Shown here: piece by piece, positions 20,545-30,888 of the stretch | Layout of the letters: every line of letters begins with the position of its first letter | Position numbering within the stretch: the first letter of the stretch is position 1 | Virus record (IMG/VR): IMGVR_UViG_3300037067_026753 | Source of the DNA: a virus | Length of the DNA stretch: 64,000 bases | Direction: 5' to 3' (one strand) | Notes under the pieces: model-generated | Database searches by the model: none | Told to the model about the DNA's origin: nothing | The model's input: the letters and a program-made list of their open reading frames with translations, nothing else | Position numbers and translations under genes: made by a program

Positions 20545-21027
20545 CTACTGTCCAGTTGAACCAAAACCTCCCAAACCACGTGAAGTAGCATCAAGATCTT
20601 CTACTTCTATAACAGGGAATAAACCTACAGGACAAACAACAAGTTGAGCAATCTTATCACCAACTTTTAGTTCTTGTCGCTCATGTCCTATATTTGCAAT
20701 AATAATTCCAATATGTCCTCTATATTGCTGGTCAATTGTACCCGGACTATTTACAACTATAAGACCTTTGTTCAAAGCATTGCCACTTCTTGGTCTTGCT
20801 TGAATTTCCCAACCTATACCTGCAGTACCTGCAAGCCCTGTGTCAATTAAAACTCTATCATTTGTTGAAAGTATCACGTTTTGAGCACCTTCTGACATTT
20901 CCTTCAAACCTGAAACTTCAAATTTCTTAACAAAATGATGTATGAAAACATCAGCACCAGAATCTGTTGAATTAGCACGTTCTGGCAATCTAGCATCAGC
21001 ATATAACTTTTTGATTTTTAAGTTCAT
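20545..21027 (-). CDS. dut: dUTP diphosphatase (all five dUTPase motifs incl. GTIDQQYRG and RGLGGFGSTG)
   Basis: motif-by-motif match. Confidence 0.9.
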   Translation of the reverse strand: MNLKIKKLYADARLPERANSTDSGADVFIHHFVKKFEVSGLKEMSEGAQNVILSTNDRVLIDTGLAGTAGIGWEIQARPRSGNALNKGLIVVNSPGTIDQQYRGHIGIIIANIGHERQELKVGDKIAQLVVCPVGLFPVIEVEDLDATSRGLGGFGSTGQ

Positions 21028-21186
21028 TATGCTCCAATCTGAATTTCTTCAAAATGTACATGTGCAGGTTTCAAACAATGAACTTTTTCCCAACATTCAA
21101 ACGAACAAAATCCATCATCAGTTTCAACATTATCAACATGATAGCTTTTATTGCATTCAGGATTTGAACAATTAGAATGAGACATA
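21026..21186 (-). CDS. small Cys-rich protein, 52 aa (MSHSNCSNPECNK...CSFECWEKVHC), stop overlaps dut start (TAATG)
   Basis: own translation. Confidence 0.35.
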
Positions 21187-21213
21187 CCTGCCCCCTAGTT
21201 AAAGTTTTTTATA

Positions 21214-23763
21214 TTAACCACAACCAACATAATCTGGACAATCAATACAACGTTGACAACCACCCTCCATTACAACTCTACCACCACAAACTGGGCATTT
21301 AATTCCCTTAAGCTCTATACCATCATTTAATGTTTTAGACAAAAACTTTCTAACGGCAGTAAGAAGCGTTGAAACATTATCCCCATCAATTCCCATCAAA
21401 GAAACAAGTATGTCTTCTCTAGGGATATTGTGTCTCAAACACAAAGAAATCATACGTCCAAGTCTATTATGAGGATAATCTTCATTTGCTTTATCGACAG
21501 TCTCTTTTACAATCTCTCTATCTATTCCGCAAGATAATGCAAGTTTAGAGAGATTTCGAGCTGCTTTATTACAAACTTTTAATTCTTCACCACCATATTG
21601 TGAATTAGTATAGATCCAAATACAAATAGGGAATTCTTTTCTTGAATCTTCAGGAAGATATGAAAAATGTAAATAGAATTTTTTACCTTCTCTTTTTATA
21701 ATATGAGTTTCACCGTTTATGAAAATGTCGGGAAGTTTTATGTCTTTTGCAATAATTTCTCGTCTTGCAGCTTTACTTATATCAGAAAGTACAGATTCCA
21801 TTGAACCTTCACGATATGTCGTAAAACCATTAAGTCCAAGTTTCCATGCCTTCAAGTAAAGTTCTTTAAAATCATCAAAAGGATAGTCATTAGGAAGATT
21901 CGCTGTTTTGCTAGTACTTTGATTATTATAGAATTGAACGACTTCTTGAATTCTCAAATGATCATCAATTTTCAAATCTTTTGTTGTAACAAGATACTTT
22001 GAATGATCTTCATCAGGGAAATTATCAAGTAACCATTGATACCCGTAATCTCTTACTTTATTTATCTTGCATAAACCCCTGTTATGAGGCTCATAATAAT
22101 ATTCAAAATCACTATACTCGCCCCTCCAGTATTCATAATCTTTCTCTTTATGATGTTTTAAGAGTTTTTTGACGTTGTCAGCGTCAAGTCCTTCGGGCCA
22201 CTGTTGACAAATAACTTTTCTCTCATACTCAATAAGAAAAACAGGCTCAATTCCGTTTGAAGTGATATCTGAAAGCAAAGATGAGTTACCAAGCGGCGGA
22301 ACAGTTGTAGTTTTTGCATTTCTTGCACCATATTTTCTCAACATTGCTCTTGTGTCGTCTGTAATTCTTACAGAATTGAAAAATTCTGTGCTCTCAAATT
22401 CAGCTTTTCTATATGCTCCAAAAACTCCTTTTTCTTTAGCAAGTAATGCTGATGTTTGCCATGTAAGATTTTCTTTTAATTGGCAAATTTTCTTAGTGAA
22501 TTCAACAGCTTCTTGACTATTATAAGGAATTTTGAGCATCATTAAAGTAGAACCCAAACCATTAATCCCCATACCTATTTGACGAAGATTATCTATAACC
22601 CATTGATAACTTGGCAGAGGTGCATAAGTAAGATCATTTACGTTGTCAAGCATTCTTGTAAAAATCTTTACATCTTTGATGTATTCGTCAAAGTCAAAAT
22701 AAGTAGTTCTATCAATTTTTATATGGACATATTGAGTGAGGTTTAAAGAGCCAAGAAGACAGACAGTGCCAATAGATGCTAGACCTCCTATTTCCCCACA
22801 AGGGTTGGTCGCTGTTACTCGACCAAGATATGCAACAGGATTGTTGTGCATCATATTATCAGCAAAAAGGACACCAGGCTCTGCTCTATCATAACAAGAT
22901 TGCATTATCAAGTTATAAAGTTCTCTTGCTTTAATTTTTTTGAACACAACTCCATTAAAACTCTGTTCAAAGAACTCATCGTTTTCTACAGCTCTCAAAA
23001 AATCATCAGTTAGAACAACAGAGATATTGAATTTTGTCAATACACCAGAGGTCTGTTTTGCTCTTACGAACTCTTCACAATCAGGGTGTGTAACGCTCAA
23101 GGCACCAAGCATTGCACCTTTTCTTATTGAATCTTTTATAATTTCCTTTACTTTCTCGAATTTTTCTGCTCCAAGATAGTTCTTGATTCTATCAACATAA
23201 CCATCAGCATCACCTTGAACAATACATTGAGAAACAGCGTCCCAGATTTTCATATAAGCTACAACACCAGGATGCTTGATTCCAGTACCTTTAATTATAG
23301 AACCACGAGGTCTAATAAAATCAAAGCTTACACCATAACCACCTTCAGAAGCAAGAGTTTTTGCTTGTTCTGTTATGGTTAAAAAGATATTTAACAAATC
23401 ATCAGGAGAATCATCAGTTTCATATTCAATAGGAAATTGTATGAGTTTGTTTTCTGTTTCACGTTCATATGAAACTTTTGCATTAGAAACAGGAGCAGCA
23501 ACAAAACAATTAAGTAAAGTTGCTTTCTTGTAAGTAGTCCCTACATTTGCTGTTATTCTCCCGCCAGTAGTACATTTCAATCCTACTGGTTCCCCTTCGA
23601 CGATTTTTACAAGTGTATGTAAAAAAGGCTCATACCACTCATCAGGATTTTTTTCTACAGATGCAAGGGCTCTAGCAACTCTTTGGAAAGTCTCGTATGG
23701 AGTCTCATTACCAAATTTATATTTTGAAGCCCATATTTCTCTAGCAAGTTCAGTTTTAAACAT
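21214..23763 (-). CDS. nrdJ: ribonucleotide reductase class II, adenosylcobalamin-dependent (TNPCGEI thiyl-radical loop), C-terminal CxxC zinc ribbon
   Basis: diagnostic NrdJ motif and length. Confidence 0.85.
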   Translation of the reverse strand: MFKTELAREIWASKYKFGNETPYETFQRVARALASVEKNPDEWYEPFLHTLVKIVEGEPVGLKCTTGGRITANVGTTYKKATLLNCFVAAPVSNAKVSYERETENKLIQFPIEYETDDSPDDLLNIFLTITEQAKTLASEGGYGVSFDFIRPRGSIIKGTGIKHPGVVAYMKIWDAVSQCIVQGDADGYVDRIKNYLGAEKFEKVKEIIKDSIRKGAMLGALSVTHPDCEEFVRAKQTSGVLTKFNISVVLTDDFLRAVENDEFFEQSFNGVVFKKIKARELYNLIMQSCYDRAEPGVLFADNMMHNNPVAYLGRVTATNPCGEIGGLASIGTVCLLGSLNLTQYVHIKIDRTTYFDFDEYIKDVKIFTRMLDNVNDLTYAPLPSYQWVIDNLRQIGMGINGLGSTLMMLKIPYNSQEAVEFTKKICQLKENLTWQTSALLAKEKGVFGAYRKAEFESTEFFNSVRITDDTRAMLRKYGARNAKTTTVPPLGNSSLLSDITSNGIEPVFLIEYERKVICQQWPEGLDADNVKKLLKHHKEKDYEYWRGEYSDFEYYYEPHNRGLCKINKVRDYGYQWLLDNFPDEDHSKYLVTTKDLKIDDHLRIQEVVQFYNNQSTSKTANLPNDYPFDDFKELYLKAWKLGLNGFTTYREGSMESVLSDISKAARREIIAKDIKLPDIFINGETHIIKREGKKFYLHFSYLPEDSRKEFPICIWIYTNSQYGGEELKVCNKAARNLSKLALSCGIDREIVKETVDKANEDYPHNRLGRMISLCLRHNIPREDILVSLMGIDGDNVSTLLTAVRKFLSKTLNDGIELKGIKCPVCGGRVVMEGGCQRCIDCPDYVGCG

Positions 23764-23804
23764 GATGATTTCCCGTCTAGTGTAAGACTAATATGGTTCT
23801 CCGA

Positions 23805-23974
23805 TTATTTAAATTCTTGTATATGTAATGAGAGGAGTTCAGCTACAAAAGCTAAAGTTTGCTTTTCTTTAGGTGTGAATTTAAATCGTTCTATTTTATC
23901 GCCTTCGATAATATTTTCTATATTTTGTAAGGCTGTCTCAAAATCTTGTTTTTTCTCAGATAACTTTTCGCTCA
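23805..23974 (-). CDS. hypothetical small protein (start probably MSEKLSEKK)
   Basis: ORF 23805..23996 trimmed to avoid overlap with upstream zinc-ribbon ORF. Confidence 0.35.
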
Positions 23975-23976
23975 TG

Positions 23977-24123
23977 TCACCCTTCTTGCATATCAACTAG
24001 TTTTGTTTCTTTATCGCCACACTTCTTACAAATAAAGACCTGCATTATCTTATGCAAGTCTTCACCAAAATTCTTACTTTCAACATCAAAATCTATCGAG
24101 CCGCATTTTTTGCAAGCGTTCAT
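23977..24123 (-). CDS. zinc-ribbon protein, 48 aa (MNACKKCGS...CKKCGD)
   Basis: own translation. Confidence 0.35.
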   Translation of the reverse strand: MNACKKCGSIDFDVESKNFGEDLHKIMQVFICKKCGDKETKLVDMQEG

Positions 24124-24251
24124 TTTTATTAATCTCCTTTAATTTATTTCTATAAAAAGGAGCAATAAAAACACTAAAAAAACAAGTCTTTTGTTTATTA
24201 ATAAGAATGAGAAAAGAGAACTACGTGATGTCTGGTGAGAAAAATAATTTG

Positions 24252-24731
24252 TCAGTCTACTTCAATATCCTGATCAACTAATTTTTTAACTTCTGCAAAT
24301 TCATGTTGATCAAACCCTTTAAGCCTTGCAGTCCAATTAGGATTGTCGGGGAGACAATCCATAACATGTGCTACAGTTTCAAAACTTACTGGAGTAAAAT
24401 TGTTACTGTCAACACCTACATCAAAAGATTTTCCAAAGGGCTCGAGCATACCGTGCGAGTGTCCGTATAAATGCCAAACACGCATTGCAAAATGAGATAG
24501 AACAATAGTTTTCTTTTCAATTTTAATTATATGTAAGTCATAAACTTTATCAAAAACACTACAATCATATCTATAATCATGATTCCCTACAATCAGCTCG
24601 ATCCGGCCCTTCAATCTCTTTCTATAATGATAAGGGTTCTTAAAGGAGAAATCCCCAAGATGATAGACTGTGTCGCGCTCACCAACTACATTGTTCCAAT
24701 TATTTATTATTGTTTCAAAGGACGATCGCAA
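24252..24731 (-). CDS. calcineurin-like metallophosphoesterase (GDFS, GNHDY, GHSH)
   Basis: phosphoesterase motifs. Confidence 0.7.
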   Translation of the reverse strand: MRSSFETIINNWNNVVGERDTVYHLGDFSFKNPYHYRKRLKGRIELIVGNHDYRYDCSVFDKVYDLHIIKIEKKTIVLSHFAMRVWHLYGHSHGMLEPFGKSFDVGVDSNNFTPVSFETVAHVMDCLPDNPNWTARLKGFDQHEFAEVKKLVDQDIEVD

Positions 24732-24780
24732 TAATGTATAATTTTTGAATGACCAAGATGCGTGTCGGAAGTAAAGAAAA

Positions 24781-27471
24781 TCATTGTAGGAGTTCTCTAT
24801 TTTCTATTAAGACTTTCTCATATAATTTTTCACCTAAAATGTCTCGAGCAAGAAGTTGCTTTTGTTTGAAATCTAGTATAGTACAAATACCTTCTTCAAA
24901 TAACTTTCTTACTCTTACTCCGCCAATACCCCTCAGAGAACAAAGTTCGGTTTGTTTATCCGTAATTTCGTATTCTATTCTTAATTGAAGTTTTCTCCAA
25001 AAATCAGATCTGTTCCAATGTGCATGCATTTTGTCTATCATATCTAAAGCAGTACACATGCGCTCAGCATCAAACTTGACCTGACGTTTTTGATGTTCTC
25101 CCAGTTCTTCTGAAAAAGTCAAACAAGCATAGAAAGCTACTCCAATTGTACCACAACTTTCTGAAATAATTAAGTTTCTATTTCTACATGATGCTACAAA
25201 TTCTTTTACAAGATCCTGCATTTCTTTCCCAGCAAAAACATCAGTGTTGTCAGGTATATTTGCTAGAGCCCAACTTATAGCATAATCGTCAAGTTTATTC
25301 TCAACAAAAAGCCGATTGAAATTAAAATACCAACTTGAGATAGAATATGGGCTATAATATAAGTAAGCAGCAACACGTCCTAGTTTTGTTACCTTATAGT
25401 TGTTTCCAACTTTTTCAATAACTTTTATTCTTTCTAATTTTGAGAGCAAATTTTCAGCATCACACCTATCAAGAAAATTGCTTTGAAAAGCTGCAAGACT
25501 TCTATTATACCAATCCATCAAAGTTGATATATCATAAACGTTATTCTCAGAAATTTCAGAAATTATATGAAATGCAAGAACATCTTGGTCGTTCATTGTC
25601 GATAGAATTGGAGGAATGTTTTCACACCAACTTTTATATCTCATGAATTTATTTTGAGGAAGAAGTACATGAGCATCACCTTTAGGATCAAGCCCGACAC
25701 GACCTGACCGTCCTACCATTTGTTTTATATCCAAAGGTTCGACTTCTTGTATTCCTCTATGAACACCTACGACAACACATCTTCTGCAAGGTAAATTAAT
25801 TCCCCAAGCAAGGGTAGATGTTGCAACTATAATTCGTATCCCATTTTTATCTTTAAACTCATTAGGAATTCGTACTCTATCTTCGAGAGTAAGTTCCGAA
25901 TTATGGAGTTCTACTTTTTCACCCATATCTTTTAACATGGTAAAAATTGATCTACCCATATTTTTTGAATGAACAAAAACAATGAATTTATCTTCTTTAA
26001 ATTGTTGTGTAACAGCAATTGCTTTATTCATTTTGTTTTTTTCAACAGATTGATATTTCCCATAATCATCATACGGTTCATAATGGATATCAAGTTGACA
26101 AGGCCTGTAATCCGAATTTATCAATTCTGATTTTTTGCCATTCAGACTAGAAAGCCAACGCGCAAGTTCATCAACATTCGGCATTGTAGCAGAAAGAAAA
26201 ATAACGCGACAGGAAGGATTCTGTTTTGTAAAACGCATTATTGCGCTCTCAGCTTTATCTCCTCTCCCTTTTACGCATAAAAGATGAGATTCATCTTGAA
26301 CAATAGTTCCTGCCTCTAATAACCAATTGTTTTTTTCTATTGCAATTCTTCGAGTACGACTGTCAAGCATTTCGGTTGTCATTATAATTATATGTGCATT
26401 GTTGAGTTCTTCAACGCGTTTTTCTGTAAGCTGATAATCTCCTGTAACAATACTCACATTTAATTTTGACCATCCATGATTTGGATTTGTCCAGTCTTCA
26501 TATTTCTCTTGTGAAACTGCTTTCAAAGGAGAAAGAAAAATTGCTTTCCTGCCCTTAGCAATAGAATCGCTCATGAACATTTCAGCAACAGTAGTTTTTC
26601 CAGCAGAAGTAGCAGCAGCAACTACACAATTGACATCCTGATTATAATATGCAAAAACTTCAGATTGAACTGGATTAAAAAATTCAAATTTGAAATTCAA
26701 ATATGGAAAATTTGATGTCGGTACAAGTTCAATGTTTTTCTTTGTTTTGAGTTGTATTGAAGATTGTTCTTGCTTTTGTATAAAATTTTGTTTTGGAAAT
26801 TCTATCTTCATTTGTTCAGATTCATCAGTTTCTTCAACGCCTTGAGCATAAATTTCGACATTTCTTACCTGTCTTGTCCCTGTGCAACCTGTTACAAAAA
26901 ATTGAGTACACCCATAAAATTCGCCTTTTCTTCCATTACGTTTTTTCATGGGAGCATCACATTCAGGACAATGAACAGCAGGCTCATTTTCTTGAGGGTC
27001 TGTAATTGTTTTGGGTATGTTTATGTGTCCTGTCAAGGACATTGAAGTTTTGCAATTGGGATATGACAAACAGCCATAAAATTGGCCCCTGATCCCTTCT
27101 CTAAGAACCATTACGCTTCCGCAAGACTTACAAAACTTTAAATTTGTAATTTCTTGTTTGAACTCATCAAGTTTTTCTTTAAGACGTTCTTTCCAATTCG
27201 ACATCCGATGTGTTCTTTTAGCTTTATCTATGGGTTTTGAACTTTTTTTATCCAGCAGAACACATCGAATTGCATCTTCACCAAGAGACCGTGAAGTGCC
27301 TGCAAATTTATCTATCGAGGAATAGATACGAACAAAAATTGTTGGATTTTGTGTTTTTAAATCATAAATAATTTCATTAGAAGCTAGTTCATCTGCTTCA
27401 GAATAAATCCCATAACTTCTAAGAAAATCTTCGAAATTCTCTTTTAATATCATAACTGATGTTGAAGTCAT
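24781..27471 (-). CDS. superfamily-2 DEAH/Ski2-like helicase (Walker A AATSAGKT, DESH) with two N-terminal topoisomerase-type C4 zinc fingers
   Basis: helicase motifs I/II/VI and Zn-finger spacing. Confidence 0.75.
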   Translation of the reverse strand: MTSTSVMILKENFEDFLRSYGIYSEADELASNEIIYDLKTQNPTIFVRIYSSIDKFAGTSRSLGEDAIRCVLLDKKSSKPIDKAKRTHRMSNWKERLKEKLDEFKQEITNLKFCKSCGSVMVLREGIRGQFYGCLSYPNCKTSMSLTGHINIPKTITDPQENEPAVHCPECDAPMKKRNGRKGEFYGCTQFFVTGCTGTRQVRNVEIYAQGVEETDESEQMKIEFPKQNFIQKQEQSSIQLKTKKNIELVPTSNFPYLNFKFEFFNPVQSEVFAYYNQDVNCVVAAATSAGKTTVAEMFMSDSIAKGRKAIFLSPLKAVSQEKYEDWTNPNHGWSKLNVSIVTGDYQLTEKRVEELNNAHIIIMTTEMLDSRTRRIAIEKNNWLLEAGTIVQDESHLLCVKGRGDKAESAIMRFTKQNPSCRVIFLSATMPNVDELARWLSSLNGKKSELINSDYRPCQLDIHYEPYDDYGKYQSVEKNKMNKAIAVTQQFKEDKFIVFVHSKNMGRSIFTMLKDMGEKVELHNSELTLEDRVRIPNEFKDKNGIRIIVATSTLAWGINLPCRRCVVVGVHRGIQEVEPLDIKQMVGRSGRVGLDPKGDAHVLLPQNKFMRYKSWCENIPPILSTMNDQDVLAFHIISEISENNVYDISTLMDWYNRSLAAFQSNFLDRCDAENLLSKLERIKVIEKVGNNYKVTKLGRVAAYLYYSPYSISSWYFNFNRLFVENKLDDYAISWALANIPDNTDVFAGKEMQDLVKEFVASCRNRNLIISESCGTIGVAFYACLTFSEELGEHQKRQVKFDAERMCTALDMIDKMHAHWNRSDFWRKLQLRIEYEITDKQTELCSLRGIGGVRVRKLFEEGICTILDFKQKQLLARDILGEKLYEKVLIENRELLQ

Positions 27472-27514
27472 TATTCTCTCCTAAGTACTATTTATATCTA
27501 AATAATTTATAAAG

Positions 27515-27560
27515 TATGCCAAAAACAAAAAGCCCCTGGAAGTTATTCTTCCAAGGGCCT
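27515..27560. terminator. GC-rich hairpin (GCCCCTGGAAG/CTTCCAAGGGC) flanked by A- and T-runs, can act as terminator in either direction (CTTTTTGTTTTTGG on minus)
   Basis: inverted repeat and flanking runs; same T-run motif as 13045-13085. Confidence 0.5.
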
Positions 27561-27576
27561 TTTAAAATCCAACTTT

Positions 27577-27837
27577 TTAATAATCGAATCTAGCAAGTTC
27601 TTTCAATAATTCAGGTTTTGTTTGTTCACTTGACAAAATTTCTTGTGCAAAATCAATTTCAGCACCATCTTTTAAATACTCAAATGCTAGAATTGTACGA
27701 AGTTCTTTTAAAGAAAGAGTTCCAACATTCTTATTTCCAAGTTTTTTCTTAATCTTATTATACTCTTGTTCTAAACTACGAAGATCAAAATTACATATTT
27801 TAAGAATTTCTGATGCAACTCTTTCTACATTTTTCAT
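27577..27837 (-). CDS. hypothetical protein (86 aa)
   Basis: ORF. Confidence 0.4.
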   Translation of the reverse strand: MKNVERVASEILKICNFDLRSLEQEYNKIKKKLGNKNVGTLSLKELRTILAFEYLKDGAEIDFAQEILSSEQTKPELLKELARFDY

Positions 27838-28352
27838 TCTTTAGCCTCAGGTTCTGCTTTTTGTTTTTCTTGAACTTCTTTTTTTTCTTGCTGAGCATTG
27901 AATGTGTTGTAAAGACGTCTGTCGACACTCAATAAACGTTTAAAAGCTGGAACTCCATTTACAACACCAAAATTCAAAATTTCTTTTAACAACCGAACAG
28001 CAGGATATCTGTCAACCATAGAACTATATCGCATCATAATTCTTCTAAGTTCCATAAGAAATTGTGCAACATCACCTACTGTTCTTTTTTCGGCACCTTT
28101 TTCTAAAGACATTAAAATTGTATTTCTTGGTTTTCTAATTCTGGGATTGTCGATCAAAGGTGTAATTTTTGAAAGAATTTCATCATTACCTTTACTTGCA
28201 AGAAATTTTCTTAAAAAAGTAGAATAAACCTGAAATTCTTTTGAAATTTTCTTTTCCGCTGCAAGATCAGTTTCAGGTTTTTTTGTTTCAGCTTCAAGTT
28301 CTAAAGCAGCAGTTTTTATTACATTTGCATAATTTAATAATTGGTTTTGCAT
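27834..28352 (-). CDS. hypothetical protein (172 aa)
   Basis: ORF. Confidence 0.4.
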   Translation of the reverse strand: MQNQLLNYANVIKTAALELEAETKKPETDLAAEKKISKEFQVYSTFLRKFLASKGNDEILSKITPLIDNPRIRKPRNTILMSLEKGAEKRTVGDVAQFLMELRRIMMRYSSMVDRYPAVRLLKEILNFGVVNGVPAFKRLLSVDRRLYNTFNAQQEKKEVQEKQKAEPEAKE

Positions 28353-28606
28353 GTATCCTCCTTAATTTTTTCAAATTCAGATAAAATTCTGTGTTGAATG
28401 TTTTTTCTAAAATCTGTATTGAGTGGATGTACAAGATCTTTAAATTTATCACCCACTCTTTTTGATGGCATTGCTATAAAAATACCTTTTTTCCCATCAA
28501 GAATTTTTATTCCATGTACCACAAGTATGTCATCTAAAGTGATGCTCACATAAGCTCTTACTTTTTTATCATCGGAAATAGTGACACGTACTTCTGTTAT
28601 TTCCAT
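28334..28606 (-). CDS. spoVG: SpoVG-family nucleic-acid-binding protein (MEITEVRVT...VHGIKIL...GIFIAMPSKR)
   Basis: near-diagnostic similarity to bacterial SpoVG N-terminal region. Confidence 0.75.
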   Translation of the reverse strand: MEITEVRVTISDDKKVRAYVSITLDDILVVHGIKILDGKKGIFIAMPSKRVGDKFKDLVHPLNTDFRKNIQHRILSEFEKIKEDTCKTNY

Positions 28607-28669
28607 GACACGTATGGCGAGATAAATACTTTAGAAAACTGTTTTGATCTTGCGCTTGCTAGAGCAAGA

Positions 28670-29203
28670 TCAAATACTAAAACCAGTAATAAGTACTTCA
28701 CCTGTCTTTTTATTAATACGATATTCCCGACGATAAACAGGAAGGTTGAGTTGTTGTTCACCTAAAGGAGTAAGAAAGATGACTTCTTGATTTGAAGAGC
28801 CTTTCCACTGCGACTCACATTTTTTTTCTGAATCAAAGGGCCCCGAGCAAAGCATATCTATGGTGGTTAAAATTTTACTAAATTTTTCTTTGATTTTTGG
28901 AAAAGTATAACCTGAGCACAAAAAAATGCTTTTTTTTCCGAAAATCATTTCTGACAATGCAAATATCGAATCATATTGGTCTAAAGGTTCTCCACCCGTA
29001 ATAGTCAAACCTAAGGACGAAGATTTTAAAATAGAAGATGCAAGTTCTTCTATTTCTATAGAAGTTCCTGCATTGAAATCCCATGTATCTGTGTTGATAC
29101 AATCTTTGCAATGGATACTGCAACCTTGGACCCAAATTGTGAAGCGATCTCCCGGCCCTTGTACATGACTTTTTTCAATAATGTGATTTAATTTTAAATT
29201 CAT
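28670..29203 (-). CDS. radical-SAM 4Fe-4S single-cluster activase-like protein (GCSIHCKDC, GGEPL), NrdG/QueE-like
   Basis: CxxxCxxC motif. Confidence 0.55.
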   Translation of the reverse strand: MNLKLNHIIEKSHVQGPGDRFTIWVQGCSIHCKDCINTDTWDFNAGTSIEIEELASSILKSSSLGLTITGGEPLDQYDSIFALSEMIFGKKSIFLCSGYTFPKIKEKFSKILTTIDMLCSGPFDSEKKCESQWKGSSNQEVIFLTPLGEQQLNLPVYRREYRINKKTGEVLITGFSI

Positions 29204-29500
29204 CTAATCTAGAAAACCATCAACTAATTTTAAAATTTCTTCAATGAGTTCTTTTTTCTTCATTATTTTTCTAAAATCTTTGCCCGCCTTATGTGAACCA
29301 GGCACGACAGATTTTATTAGTTCATAATCATTTTTCTTCTTTTTCCAGACATCTAAAGTTACATTGCTTCCACTTATAGTAAAGCAAGGCTCTTCATCAT
29401 GTTCTGATTTTGATTGCACAATTTGTTCTGCAATAAAACTTTCAAATCCTTGTGTTTTATTTAAAACCTCATCGGCAATTGTTTTTACAGACTTTTTCAT
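29204..29500 (-). CDS. hypothetical protein (98 aa)
   Basis: ORF. Confidence 0.4.
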   Translation of the reverse strand: MKKSVKTIADEVLNKTQGFESFIAEQIVQSKSEHDEEPCFTISGSNVTLDVWKKKKNDYELIKSVVPGSHKAGKDFRKIMKKKELIEEILKLVDGFLD

Positions 29501-29883
29501 ATCACCATTTTTTCAAGAATCCTGATGGGAACTTCAGCCATAATTGAAACCACTGTTGTATCAATATGCGCCTCGACATTTTCAACAGACTGATTTGGAT
29601 AAATCCTGTCAAACCAAACTTTAGCTTTATCTTCAGTTCTATCGGGTATTATCTCTTTGACAATACCATTAGAATTTTCAGCAAAAGCACTAAAAGGTTC
29701 CGTGAGTCTAACTCTGTCTCCAATTACAATTTCTATATCATAAACATAACTTGTTGACTCAATATTTAAACGCACAGGCTGATCTAGAACTGTAAATTCT
29801 ATTGTTCCTCTGCTACTATCTTCAATAACTAGTTTTGCAGAACTTACAGTTATAGAGATAGGATCAGTTAGAATGACATCCAT
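29497..29883 (-). CDS. hypothetical protein (128 aa)
   Basis: ORF. Confidence 0.4.
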   Translation of the reverse strand: MDVILTDPISITVSSAKLVIEDSSRGTIEFTVLDQPVRLNIESTSYVYDIEIVIGDRVRLTEPFSAFAENSNGIVKEIIPDRTEDKAKVWFDRIYPNQSVENVEAHIDTTVVSIMAEVPIRILEKMVI

Positions 29884-30179
29884 TATCTCAAACTACCAGG
29901 ACGTCTTTCGCCATCAGCAATATTCAAATTCTTGTTGTCTCTCAATCCACCAAGAATACCCATATTATAAGTGAACACAAGATTTGTAGTTTCTACAATT
30001 TTATAAATACTATGGGGAACTTGTGACAAAGGACCTGTTTTAGCACCAGTTACTGGATTGAGATCGTTGATTTCGAAAAGTTCTTTAGGCGATGCAACAC
30101 CGGCATCATATGTAACTTTTTGACGAATACCCATTTTATCCTCCTTAAAGGTTTTGGCAAAAACTTTTAAAGAAGACAC
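29883..30179 (-). CDS. hypothetical protein (98 aa)
   Basis: ORF. Confidence 0.4.
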   Translation of the reverse strand: MSSLKVFAKTFKEDKMGIRQKVTYDAGVASPKELFEINDLNPVTGAKTGPLSQVPHSIYKIVETTNLVFTYNMGILGGLRDNKNLNIADGERRPGSLR

Positions 30180-30198
30180 AGATAAAAACTATAGAAAA

Positions 30199-30888
30199 TC
30201 AAATACTTTTGCTAACTGTGCTCAACAAATTTCTTACATTTCCTATTTTTAATTCTTCAAGAAATTGTCGCTCTTTTATAATACGTTTTTCTGATTTTAA
30301 CCAGATTCTTTCTAAAATTATTCCTTTAGAATATTTTAAAAAAGAAGCCATTCCTACACTATGAGTGTCCTTTTCTAAAAAGTAACACCACAACTTAGTT
30401 TCGCCTGTCATAGATTCATAAAATAAATCTTTTCTTGAAAGCGTATAAGTTGTACCCTCAAAAACAAACGATTTTAATCCTACACAATTCATTTTGTATT
30501 CGACATCCGAATATACATCCTTTGCTCTTGAAACAAAAAAATCATAAGTATCTTTATTAAAAAGCAGAGAATGTGATAAATTTATAAGACGTATTTGTTC
30601 CATTCTATCAGAACAAATTTTGCAATCACGTAAATGCTCGAGCAACATTGTTCGTTGTTCTTCTGGTACATAAGACAAATTCTTTTCTTTAGACTCGTTA
30701 TCCGAATCTTCTACGAGCATCTCTAAAAAAGGATTTGTTATATGACCAAACTCAAAAAGATAAGAAACTATTTTTTGTTCTGTCTTGCAACGAGGACAGA
30801 TTACGACAAATTCTTCTTTTATATTGTTCCAAGTGTTTCTATCGACATCATTAATAGAAAGTAAAGTTTTACAAGTATTACATCTCAT
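30199..30888 (-). CDS. N-terminal zinc-ribbon protein (229 aa)
   Basis: CxxC...CxxC. Confidence 0.4.
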   Translation of the reverse strand: MRCNTCKTLLSINDVDRNTWNNIKEEFVVICPRCKTEQKIVSYLFEFGHITNPFLEMLVEDSDNESKEKNLSYVPEEQRTMLLEHLRDCKICSDRMEQIRLINLSHSLLFNKDTYDFFVSRAKDVYSDVEYKMNCVGLKSFVFEGTTYTLSRKDLFYESMTGETKLWCYFLEKDTHSVGMASFLKYSKGIILERIWLKSEKRIIKERQFLEELKIGNVRNLLSTVSKSI

